From: Candidatus Omnitrophota bacterium
GTDB lineage: Bacteria > Omnitrophota > Gorgyraeia > JAHJTE01
Assembly: GCA_018830005.1 (NCBI GenBank)
Contig: JAHJTE010000001.1
Coordinates: 709,624-773,623 of the forward strand
Length of the DNA stretch: 64,000 bases
Direction: 5' to 3'
The stretch's first letter is position 1; the number at the start of each line of letters is the position of its first letter. Both the position numbers and the translations under genes were made by a program. The notes below the pieces were generated by a model. It was given only the letters and a program-made list of their open reading frames with translations. It searched no databases and was not told where the DNA came from. Positions 45,565 through 54,334 of this stretch are shown in pieces.

Positions 45565-46964
45565 GGAAAAAGCCAGTGATTAAATTCGGTACAGACGGCT
45601 GGAGGGCGGTTATAGCAGGAGATTTTACATTCGAGAATGTTGCGATTCTTTCTCAGGCAGTAAGTGATTACTTTAAGAGTCTTAAGTCAGGCGGGCAAGT
45701 TGAGGCAGTCATTGGTTTTGATACACGCTTTCTATCACGCGAGTTTGCGCATTATGCAGCAGAGGTGTTGGTGGCTAATAGGATAAAGGTTATATTATCT
45801 GATAGGGCAATATCTACGCCAGCCTTAAGTTTTGCCACTAAATCTAACAGATGCGATTTTGGAATAATGATTACGGCAAGTCATAATCCCCCTGAATTTA
45901 ACGGGTTCAAGATTAAGGATAGCTTCGGCGGCGCTGCTGATACTGATATAACCAAGGCCGTTGAAAAATTACTTCATAAAAATAAAGTAAAAAAGGCAAG
46001 CCTAGCTAATAACAGATATTGCAAGGTCAAAAATTTAATCACTGCTTATGAAGGCTTTCTAAAAAAATATTTAGATTTAAGAAAGATACATTCTAGACGC
46101 CTTAATGTTCTCGTTGATGTAATGCATGGCAGTGGCAATGCGATAATACCTGACTGTATTGGAAGCGGCAAGGTAAAGGTTACCTTGATGCGTAGCGACG
46201 TGAATCCTTCATTTGACGGAGCAAGGCCTGAACCATTGCCGGAGAATTTGAGTCAGATGATACATCGTATGAAAAATGAGAAATTTGATTTAGGATTGGT
46301 GCTTGACGGCGATGCGGACAGAATTGCCGCACTTGATTCAGACGCTAACTTTATCAGCCCCCAGGTTATACTCTGTCTTTTAATCCTTCATTTATTCCAA
46401 GACCGCAAAGAAAAAGGTGCGGTAGTTAAGACAGTGGTGGGCACAACATTGCTTGATAAGGTCTGCGCACATTTAAAATTAAAGCTATTCGAGACGCCTG
46501 TTGGTTTTAAATATATAAGCAAGCTGATGAAGGAAACTACTGTATTGGTTGGCGGAGAAGAGGCAGGCGGTATTGGTTTTAAAAATTATATCCCTGAACG
46601 TGATGGCAGCTTAGCCGGATTGCTGCTTTTGGAGATGTTATCGTTTAGAGGACGTAGCATAAAGCAGCTCATAAAGGAACTGAAATCCAAATTTGGAAGT
46701 TTTTATTATACCAAGGATAGCATTGAATTGCATAATGTAGGCCACTTCAATTTAGGAAATGTTAAGGTTCCCAAAAAGATATTAGGAAAGGATGTAGTGC
46801 GAATTAACAGAAAAGACGGCCTGAAGCTTATCGGGAGTGACGAAAGCTGGTTAATGTTACGGCCTTCGGGAACCGAGCCGATTGTTAGAGTTTATGCCGA
46901 GGCTGCTACAAGAGAGAAGGCAGAGAGGTTGATTTCATTAGGTAAGAAGATGATTAGATCGTGA
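45561..46964 (+). CDS. phosphoglucomutase/phosphomannomutase-family protein
   Basis: GTDGWRA, active-site TASHNPPEFNGFK, metal loop DGDADR. Confidence 0.85.
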   Translation: MRKKPVIKFGTDGWRAVIAGDFTFENVAILSQAVSDYFKSLKSGGQVEAVIGFDTRFLSREFAHYAAEVLVANRIKVILSDRAISTPALSFATKSNRCDFGIMITASHNPPEFNGFKIKDSFGGAADTDITKAVEKLLHKNKVKKASLANNRYCKVKNLITAYEGFLKKYLDLRKIHSRRLNVLVDVMHGSGNAIIPDCIGSGKVKVTLMRSDVNPSFDGARPEPLPENLSQMIHRMKNEKFDLGLVLDGDADRIAALDSDANFISPQVILCLLILHLFQDRKEKGAVVKTVVGTTLLDKVCAHLKLKLFETPVGFKYISKLMKETTVLVGGEEAGGIGFKNYIPERDGSLAGLLLLEMLSFRGRSIKQLIKELKSKFGSFYYTKDSIELHNVGHFNLGNVKVPKKILGKDVVRINRKDGLKLIGSDESWLMLRPSGTEPIVRVYAEAATREKAERLISLGKKMIRS

Positions 46965-47563
46965 CGACGTTATGTTATCGTCTTTCAAAAGTCCTCTTAT
47001 TGTTGATTTTAAAGGTAATACTGCGAATCAAAATTAAGGTTAAGGGACTTGAGTTCATACCCAAGAAGGGGGCATTCCTTTTAATTTCCAACCACCTAAG
47101 CTATCTGGATCCGCCTATAGTCGGTATAAGCTGTCCACGTCCACTCATATTTTTGGCTCGCAAGGACTTGTTTGATATTCGCTTTCTGGGTCCTTGGATG
47201 AGGGCTGTAGGGGTTGTTCCGCTTATGCCTGAGAGTGGGGATATTAAAGCAATCAAAGGGGCGATAAAGGCATTAAAAAAAGGTAATGTTGTGGCTGTTT
47301 TTCCTGAGGGCGCTAGGCAGGCAGCTACGGAAAGTTCTTTTCAAAATATAAAGAAAGGCTTTTTGCTTCTTGCAAAGAAGCCCAATGTCCCTATTGTAGT
47401 AGCAAAGGTTACAGGCAGCGAGAAGGCATGGCCAAGAGACTCAAAATGCATAAAACGAGGAACAGAGGTAGAGGTTAGTTTTAGTAAGCCATTGATGATA
47501 GGTAGCTTTGAGGATTACGAGCAAGAACTTAAAACTCTAAAGGCAGTCTTTGCCAAGTTGTAA
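46961..47563 (+). CDS. plsC: 1-acyl-sn-glycerol-3-phosphate acyltransferase
   Basis: NHLSYLD (HX4D) and FPEGAR motifs. Confidence 0.8.
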   Translation: MTTLCYRLSKVLLLLILKVILRIKIKVKGLEFIPKKGAFLLISNHLSYLDPPIVGISCPRPLIFLARKDLFDIRFLGPWMRAVGVVPLMPESGDIKAIKGAIKALKKGNVVAVFPEGARQAATESSFQNIKKGFLLLAKKPNVPIVVAKVTGSEKAWPRDSKCIKRGTEVEVSFSKPLMIGSFEDYEQELKTLKAVFAKL

Positions 47564-47663
47564 TATGTTAAAAGAGCATACCAATTCTTCTTGACTTTTA
47601 GTTAGATTTAGGCTAACTTATTAAGATTATGATGCAAAAATCTATATATAGAGGTGAAAGGGA

Positions 47664-49211
47664 ATGAAGAGTCAGAATGATACGCTAGAAAGTCTGTATG
47701 GTGGCAGTTTCAAAAATTTTAAAGATGGACAAATTGTAAAAGGCAAGGTAGTCAATATCAGCTCAAAAGAAGCAATGATAGATATTGGCTATAAATCAGA
47801 GGGTATGATTCCTTTGATAGAGTTTGATAGCAATGAATTAGTCATAGGAGCTGAAGTTGAGGTTTTGATTGAATCTTTGGAGGCAGACGATGGGACGATT
47901 GTTCTTTCCAAAGAAAAAGTTAGAAGAATGAAAGGCTGGGATGAGATTTGTGCGGCTGCAGAGGAAGGAGGACAACTTTTGGAAGGCAAGGTAAAGGCCA
48001 AGATTAAAGGAGGCTATACATTGGATGTTATGGGGGTCGATGCCTTTTTGCCTGAATCCCTATCTACCTTTAGGGGAAAGCCCCAGAGAGAAATCATTAA
48101 TAATGTATTTAAGTTTCAGGTTATTAAGATGAATAATCAGCGTCGAAGTTTGATAGTTTCTCGCAAAGATGCCCTTGCCAAGGAGAGGGATTCTGTTAAA
48201 AAGCAACTCTGGCAAGAGCTGAAGATTGGAGATATTCGTCAAGGCCAGGTTAAGGCCATTACTGATTTTGGTGCATTTGTAGATTTAGGCGGCGTAGACG
48301 GCCTTCTTCATATAACAGATATGAGCTGGTCACGAATTTCTCATCCATCGGAGATAGTGGCGATTGGAGATAAAATAGAGGTAATGATTTTAAATTTAGA
48401 CAAGGATAATTCTCGTGTGTCCTTAGGCCTAAAACAGCGCACGCCTGATCCTTGGGAGAATGTAGAAGAGAGGTTTCCGCCTGAGACAAAAGTAAAAGGC
48501 AAGATTGTTAATATATTAAATTACGGCCTGTTTGTAGAGTTAGAAAAGGGCATAGAAGGTCTTGTGCATATTTCCGAGATTTCCTGGAGTAAGAGGACGG
48601 CTGATCTGAAGGATACTTTTGCCATTGGAGATATGATCGAGGCCAAGGTCTTGAATGTTGAACCGCAGACAAAAAGGATTTCCTTAAGCATAAAACAACT
48701 TGAGCCAAATCCCTGGGAAACAGCCAGTGATAAATATACAAGGGATATGAAGGTTACTGGCGCTGTTAGGGGATTTAGTGAGTATGGTGCATTTGTTGAG
48801 TTGAGCGATAATCTAGAGGGAATGATCCATGTTTCAGATATGTCTTGGACAAAGAAGATCAGTCACCCTCAAGAGGTGTTGAGAAAAGGACAGCGCGTAG
48901 AGGTTATAGTTTTGTCTGTTGATGCTCAGAATCAGAAAATATCACTCGGGCTAAAACAGTTAACAGAAAATCCCTGGCCGAAGATTGCACAGGAATATGA
49001 GCTGGATAAGATAGTCGAGGCAGAGGTGTCCTCCCTGACAAATTTTGGTGTTTTTGTAAAATTATCAGATGAATTGGAAGGTTTAATCTACACCGGAGAA
49101 ATTGAGCCCAGCGTTAAAGAGACATTAAAGCCAGGTGATAAGATAAAGGCAAAAATAATTAAGGTCGATGTAGATGCCGCCAAGATTGGCTTAAGTGCTA
49201 AATTAGAATGA
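47664..49211 (+). CDS. rpsA: 30S ribosomal protein S1 (multiple S1 domains)
   Basis: Repeated S1 OB-fold units (G.V...T.FGAFV.L...GLLH.S). Confidence 0.9.
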   Translation: MKSQNDTLESLYGGSFKNFKDGQIVKGKVVNISSKEAMIDIGYKSEGMIPLIEFDSNELVIGAEVEVLIESLEADDGTIVLSKEKVRRMKGWDEICAAAEEGGQLLEGKVKAKIKGGYTLDVMGVDAFLPESLSTFRGKPQREIINNVFKFQVIKMNNQRRSLIVSRKDALAKERDSVKKQLWQELKIGDIRQGQVKAITDFGAFVDLGGVDGLLHITDMSWSRISHPSEIVAIGDKIEVMILNLDKDNSRVSLGLKQRTPDPWENVEERFPPETKVKGKIVNILNYGLFVELEKGIEGLVHISEISWSKRTADLKDTFAIGDMIEAKVLNVEPQTKRISLSIKQLEPNPWETASDKYTRDMKVTGAVRGFSEYGAFVELSDNLEGMIHVSDMSWTKKISHPQEVLRKGQRVEVIVLSVDAQNQKISLGLKQLTENPWPKIAQEYELDKIVEAEVSSLTNFGVFVKLSDELEGLIYTGEIEPSVKETLKPGDKIKAKIIKVDVDAAKIGLSAKLE

Positions 49212-50419
49212 CTAAGATAGGAATCGGAGAACAGCTTACTAAAATAAAGAGAGGTATCGTTGAGATAATCAGCGAGCCAGAGTTAATTGCAAAGCTTGAA
49301 AGCTCATTGCGGCAGAAAGCACGGCCTCTAAGGGTAAAGGCAGGTTTTGATCCTACTACAAGCGATATCCACCTTGGACATACAGTCCTCTTGAAGAAAT
49401 TGCGCGCCTTTCAAGATTCAGGACACAAGGTAGTCCTCCTGATTGGCGATTATACTGCACTTATTGGTGATCCTTCTGGGCAGTCTCAGACAAGAAAAAT
49501 GCTCACGCCCGAAGTGGTTAACCGCAATGCCAAAACTTACTTAGGGCAAGTTTCTAAAATACTGCTTATGGGTAAAAAACATCTTGAGGTAAGATATAAT
49601 TCTGAGTGGTTTGGTAAGGGATGGAATGGAAAGGATAAAGTAGACCTAGATAAGTTCTTGGAAATCACCTCTAGATATAATGTTGCCAGGATTATAGAAC
49701 GCGATGATTTTTCAAATAGGTTAAAAGATGGCAAGCCTATCAGTGTCCTGGAGTTTTTATATCCTTTAATGCAGGGCTATGATTCGGTCGTGCTTAATGC
49801 TGATATTGAATTAGGGGGTACAGATCAAAAGTTCAATCTCTTGATCGGCCGTGATATACAGCGTATCTATGGCAAACAGCCTCAGGTAGTGATTACTCTG
49901 CCTTTACTTGAAGGCCTAGACGGCAAGCTAAAGATGTCCAAGACCTATAATAATTATATCGGCATTGCCGAGAAACCAGATGAGATTTTTGGTAAGATTA
50001 TGTCCACATCAGATGAGCTTATGTTGCGTTTTTACGATGTGCTTACAGAGGATAATCTAGGCGTCGTCAAGAAAATGCACCCAAAAGAGGCAAAGCTGAA
50101 TCTAGCCGAAGGTATAGTTTCCAGATTCTATTCACAAAAGCTTGCGGCTAAGGCAAGAAGTGATTTCGAGGCTGTATTTAGTCAAGGCAAAGAGCCAAAG
50201 AAGACTTCCAACTACCGCCTTAAAGACAAAAACGGCGAGACAATTTTTAGTGTGCTTACTAATAGTGGACTTGTCTCCTCAGGCAATGAGGCGCGGCGTC
50301 TGTTGCGCGATGGCGCAGTACGCCTTGCTAATAAAGTAATAAAGGATGAAAAATTCCTCGTTGACTCACCTGCTATGCTTAAAGTCGGAAAGACACGCTT
50401 CTTAAAGATTACTCTTTAG
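49208..50419 (+). CDS. tyrS: tyrosyl-tRNA synthetase
   Basis: DPTTSDIHLGH (HIGH) and KMSKT motifs. C-terminal S4 domain. Confidence 0.95.
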   Translation: MTKIGIGEQLTKIKRGIVEIISEPELIAKLESSLRQKARPLRVKAGFDPTTSDIHLGHTVLLKKLRAFQDSGHKVVLLIGDYTALIGDPSGQSQTRKMLTPEVVNRNAKTYLGQVSKILLMGKKHLEVRYNSEWFGKGWNGKDKVDLDKFLEITSRYNVARIIERDDFSNRLKDGKPISVLEFLYPLMQGYDSVVLNADIELGGTDQKFNLLIGRDIQRIYGKQPQVVITLPLLEGLDGKLKMSKTYNNYIGIAEKPDEIFGKIMSTSDELMLRFYDVLTEDNLGVVKKMHPKEAKLNLAEGIVSRFYSQKLAAKARSDFEAVFSQGKEPKKTSNYRLKDKNGETIFSVLTNSGLVSSGNEARRLLRDGAVRLANKVIKDEKFLVDSPAMLKVGKTRFLKITL

Positions 50420-50453
50420 ACCCACCTTTTTAAAAACCAAAATCAAAATAACT

Positions 50454-50485
50454 GCTTCTGTTAGCGCAAAGAAGCTTTAGATTTT
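50454..50485. terminator. hairpin between the convergent tyrS and CHASE2-GGDEF genes (possible bidirectional terminator)
   Basis: GCTTCT-10 nt loop-AGAAGC flanked by T/A-rich runs on both strands. Confidence 0.35.
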
Positions 50486-50499
50486 GTAATCTCAAGGAT

Positions 50500-52227
50500 T
50501 TATTTAGTAGGAGGCCTTTCTGGTATGAGGAAAACACACACCTTGTTTCTACCTGTCTCTTTGGCTTTATAAAGCGCCTTGTCAGCGAAAGAGATTAATT
50601 CTTTAGGGGTCTGGGCATCTGTCTCAGTTAAGGATGCGATTCCTATACTGATTGTTACCTTTAGAGGCTGGTTCCCTTTATAAGGGAAGTTAAATTCTTC
50701 AATAGATTTTCTTAGACGTTCAGCGTAGATACTGGCGCCTTTTGCAGTTGTATTAGGCAAAATACAGCAGAATTCTTCACCGCCGTAACGGGCCACGACA
50801 TCCACTCTGCGGCTGCTCTCCTGGATGATCCTAGCAACATTCTTTAAGATTACATTTCCTTCTTCATGCCCGTAAGTGTCGTTTACTTTTTTAAAGTGGT
50901 CAACATCCATTATCAAAAATGTAAGTTGAGTATTTTCCTCTTTTGCGTGTGCAAATTCAGAATCAAGTTTAAGTATTAGATAGCGATGTACAAAGAGTCC
51001 TGTGAGCCCATCAGTAATCGCCATAGTTTTTAAGATTGCTGCCTCAACCAATAAGCGCATATATTTGTATGTCTCCGTGCCCAGATACAAAAATGCGGCA
51101 ATAAATATCGGACCAAAGTAGTCAAAGGATAAGTTTTGATAGGAAAGCAGAAAGGAAACAAGCATAAGCCCTAAAAGCTCTAGCGCCAAAAGAAGGGAAC
51201 CTTTAAGGATTGAGAGTTTATAGGTGAATATTGCGGTGCAAATTGCAACTATTAGAATCAACAGGATTGAGAAAATCTCAGGCGTCTCTTTTAGAAAATT
51301 TCCTGATAAGTACATTAGGATTTCATTGGCATTGATTACTACCCCTGGCATCAGGCCCAGGGGGGTAGGGTAGACATCGTGAAAGATTTCAGCAGTCGTG
51401 CCGACGAGAATAATCTTTTTGTGGATACTTGCTTTACTAGCAGTTTTATTGATTATTTTATGAAAGGGGATGATTTCAAAGTCTTTATTTTTTGCCTGGT
51501 AATTAATCAATGCTGTGCCTTTTTCTGAAAGAGGAATGATTACTTGCTTTGTTGTTTTTGCCACATCTTTTAGATTGATAAGCATTCTGCGATTATTAAG
51601 TGAGACGTCGTTTTTAATATCGCTTTCGTGATAGCGCAAAAAGGTCTTTAGTCCGAAAGAGGTTTTTAGTATTCCCGGAAGGTCTTTTCTTGGAAACAGG
51701 AGGCGGCAATTACGCACGGTTAAATCTTTATCGCGTGTCTTGTTAACAAAGCCAAAGCCTAAGGCTGCTTTTTGCAAAGGCAGATAAGGTTCATTATAAC
51801 TTTTATCCGGGGCAATGTAACTTGCAAGAATTACATTGCCTGCATTTTTAATTGCCTCAGCCAGTGCCGAATCATCATCCTTATTATTGCTTTCTCCTGT
51901 AAATACCATATCCAGACTAATGATCTTTGGTCTGTATTCATTTAGGTTATCAATAAATTCACTCAAGAAACTTCGTGACCAGGGCCATTTTTTCTGCAAG
52001 ACCATGAATGATTCGTCATCAATAACAACAAGGCTGATCTCTTTTAATTCTTTGGGTTTAGGTTTTAACTGATAAGTAAGGCGATTAAACAAATCAGCAG
52101 TTTTTAACGAAAGGATATTTAAAAAAGTAATTTTATGGGAGGAAAAAGAATAAGCCAGGCTTATAATCATCGCCACACAGATTACCTTTATCAGATTCTT
52201 ATCCCAGGATATCTTTTTCTTTTTCAT
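50500..52227 (-). CDS. CHASE2 sensor-domain diguanylate cyclase (canonical GGEEF, RxxD I-site present)
   Basis: N-terminal periplasmic CHASE2-like region, three C-terminal TM helices, GGDEF domain with DVDHFKKVNDTYGHEEGN and RRVDVVARYGGEEF. Confidence 0.85.
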   Translation of the reverse strand: MKKKKISWDKNLIKVICVAMIISLAYSFSSHKITFLNILSLKTADLFNRLTYQLKPKPKELKEISLVVIDDESFMVLQKKWPWSRSFLSEFIDNLNEYRPKIISLDMVFTGESNNKDDDSALAEAIKNAGNVILASYIAPDKSYNEPYLPLQKAALGFGFVNKTRDKDLTVRNCRLLFPRKDLPGILKTSFGLKTFLRYHESDIKNDVSLNNRRMLINLKDVAKTTKQVIIPLSEKGTALINYQAKNKDFEIIPFHKIINKTASKASIHKKIILVGTTAEIFHDVYPTPLGLMPGVVINANEILMYLSGNFLKETPEIFSILLILIVAICTAIFTYKLSILKGSLLLALELLGLMLVSFLLSYQNLSFDYFGPIFIAAFLYLGTETYKYMRLLVEAAILKTMAITDGLTGLFVHRYLILKLDSEFAHAKEENTQLTFLIMDVDHFKKVNDTYGHEEGNVILKNVARIIQESSRRVDVVARYGGEEFCCILPNTTAKGASIYAERLRKSIEEFNFPYKGNQPLKVTISIGIASLTETDAQTPKELISFADKALYKAKETGRNKVCVFLIPERPPTK

Positions 52228-52435
52228 TGTAAAATTAGTCTAGCATAAAAGTGGGGTTTAGGCAAGGCTAAAATCTCTGAGTATGTTTTTATAACTTTAA
52301 CATTAGCAATAGGTTGCATTAAGGATATCTTTTGTTTTCAGCTTGAAATCATGCATTGTCTATGTTATACTTAAATTGTTAGGAAATAAGCTCGAAAAAA
52401 CCCTGAATCTAGTGTTCTGTATAGGGCATTAGTCG

Positions 52436-52604
52436 GAAAAGGCAAACCATTTGAAAGAATGGGGCGGATTGAAGTGTCTGGCTTGATAAGAGCCGCAAAG
52501 CTAAAAGAGCCTACGTCCTGAATTTTTAGGATAGGGTAGTCAGCTGCCGAGATTAAGGTTTGTAACCCTATTCTTTTGTAAAAAAATAGGGTTTTTTATT
52601 TTTA
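52436..52604 (+). ncRNA. c-di-GMP-I (GEMM) riboswitch-like leader with terminator (copy 3, extended variant)
   Basis: GGCAAACC-ATTT-GAAA-GAATGG-GGCGG[...GGCTTGATAAGAGCC]GCAAAGC. Terminator AACCCTATTC...AATAGGGTT plus T-run directly before the ATG at 52617. Confidence 0.8.
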
Positions 52605-52616
52605 TGAGGCCTTAAG

Positions 52617-53282
52617 ATGAAAAGAAAAGGTTTTAGTTCATTAGAGTTAATAATTGGCTTAGCCCTTACGGCTATTATGGCTACTATGGGCATTGTTAAT
52701 TTCAGTAGCCAGGATGCGTTATTGCTTGATGCTGCAGCCCAAAAAGTTGTCTCTGACTTAAATTACGCCAGGATGTTGGCTATTGACATGGGAGAGCAAA
52801 GCGAATATACTTATTCTGGAGGCGAAGCAGGCGAGGAGGCAGGCAACTTTGTGGTTATGGATTTTAGTGATGAGGCTTCAACTCTTCCTAGTTCTTATCG
52901 CGCTGTTCCTGCGTTACAGCTGCCTGCAGAAACTGGAGATCCTGTTGGCACAAGAATTAGTGTGTTATATGAACCGGTAGTGAGAAATATTACAGAAAAA
53001 GTTGAACTTTTTTTTCCTAGTGAAGATGATTTTAAACAAGTCAAGATACAATCTGTAGACTTTGGCGATGACGGATCAGGCGGCGCTTATAACGCTGTTC
53101 GTTTTGAAGGACCTACAGGCAGACCAATGAACGGTACCTGGGTTATGGGGAATGATGAAAATGCTTATTTTTCAACTGATACAGGATTGGGAAGTTCAGG
53201 TGGCATTATTGTTGTAGAGTATAATGGCAGAACTAAGATAGTCAGGATTTCTCGTATCGGAAGGATTACTATTGAAAATTAA
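52617..53282 (+). CDS. prepilin-type pilin-like protein, KG|FSSLELIIGLALT
   Basis: ATG with a GAGG RBS. Class III signal peptide. 221 aa with a Gly-rich C-terminal domain. Confidence 0.7.
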   Translation: MKRKGFSSLELIIGLALTAIMATMGIVNFSSQDALLLDAAAQKVVSDLNYARMLAIDMGEQSEYTYSGGEAGEEAGNFVVMDFSDEASTLPSSYRAVPALQLPAETGDPVGTRISVLYEPVVRNITEKVELFFPSEDDFKQVKIQSVDFGDDGSGGAYNAVRFEGPTGRPMNGTWVMGNDENAYFSTDTGLGSSGGIIVVEYNGRTKIVRISRIGRITIEN

Positions 53283-53790
53283 TAATATTAGTAACAGATT
53301 GCATAAACTGTTAATTTTAAAAGCTCCATCAGGTCTATCACTGATGGAGCTTTTGGTTGTTATTGTCATTATCGCAGTATCCTTATTGCCTCTCTATGCC
53401 TTATTCAATCAAGCAATACTAGCCCATGTAACTGCTCAAGTTATGACTACTTCTTCTTATCTTGGCCAGTATGCTATGGAAAGTATGTTGTCCAAGGATT
53501 TTTTTGAGCTTCTTAACGAACTTGATAGTGATGTGCATTCTTATGGCAACGATACTGTCTTTGCTGGCCCTTTTTCTAAGTATAAATACACAATAGAGGT
53601 TGATGCTATTGATCCTGAATACGGTGGCGCTGGAGGGGATTTAGCTGATATAAGTGCGAGAGTTAGTTCAGCTGATGGCGTTGCAAGCGGCAGTTATCTG
53701 CGTATCTATGTAAGGATAACAAATGATATTCAGCCCGGTAAGCAATTAGAACTCTACAGTATAGTCACACCAGCAGGAGACGGGTATTGA
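53272..53790 (+). CDS. prepilin-like pseudopilin, ...APSG|LSLMELLVVIVIIAV
   Basis: The track start is a TTG overlapping the upstream gene, so the true start is uncertain. Methylation-type motif with L at +1. Confidence 0.55.
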   Translation: MKINNISNRLHKLLILKAPSGLSLMELLVVIVIIAVSLLPLYALFNQAILAHVTAQVMTTSSYLGQYAMESMLSKDFFELLNELDSDVHSYGNDTVFAGPFSKYKYTIEVDAIDPEYGGAGGDLADISARVSSADGVASGSYLRIYVRITNDIQPGKQLELYSIVTPAGDGY

Positions 53791-53791
53791 T

Positions 53792-54331
53792 ATGAAAACA
53801 AAAGGGTTTACTCTTATAGAAATGGTTATTAGCATTGCGGTTTTAGCTATTATTGCTGTAGTGCTTACCCCTATTGTATTACAATCAATAGATTTATTTT
53901 TGATGTCCAGAACTCAAGAGGTACTTGCTAATGAATCAAGATTTGCCATGAATTGGATGTCAGAAGAAATAAAAACAGAATGCGCAAGTTTCAATACTAT
54001 TGACGGTATGAGTTTGACATTTACAACCTGTGCAACGTGTGATCCTCCCAATACACCGATTTCCTATGATTGGGATAGTGCTAATAATAGATTGATTCGA
54101 ACAGTTGGCGGAGGAGACGACAACGACGATATTTTAGCTGAAAGAGTAAGTTTTGCAGAGTTTCGGGTTTTTGATACAGTTGATTTAGATATGTCGGCAG
54201 GACAGACTAACGTGAGTGATTTCAGTACGTTTGATGTAAGATTTGTGCAGATAAGATTAGCGATAACAGATGATACTGGAACAAAGGCCTATAGCCTTGT
54301 AACTCGGATTATGCCGCGTTATCTGCAATAG
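53792..54331 (+). CDS. prepilin-type minor pilin, KG|FTLIEMVISIAVLAII
   Basis: ATG start, AGGAGA RBS, canonical GFTLIEM motif. 179 aa. Confidence 0.7.
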   Translation: MKTKGFTLIEMVISIAVLAIIAVVLTPIVLQSIDLFLMSRTQEVLANESRFAMNWMSEEIKTECASFNTIDGMSLTFTTCATCDPPNTPISYDWDSANNRLIRTVGGGDDNDDILAERVSFAEFRVFDTVDLDMSAGQTNVSDFSTFDVRFVQIRLAITDDTGTKAYSLVTRIMPRYLQ

Positions 54332-54334
54332 CCA

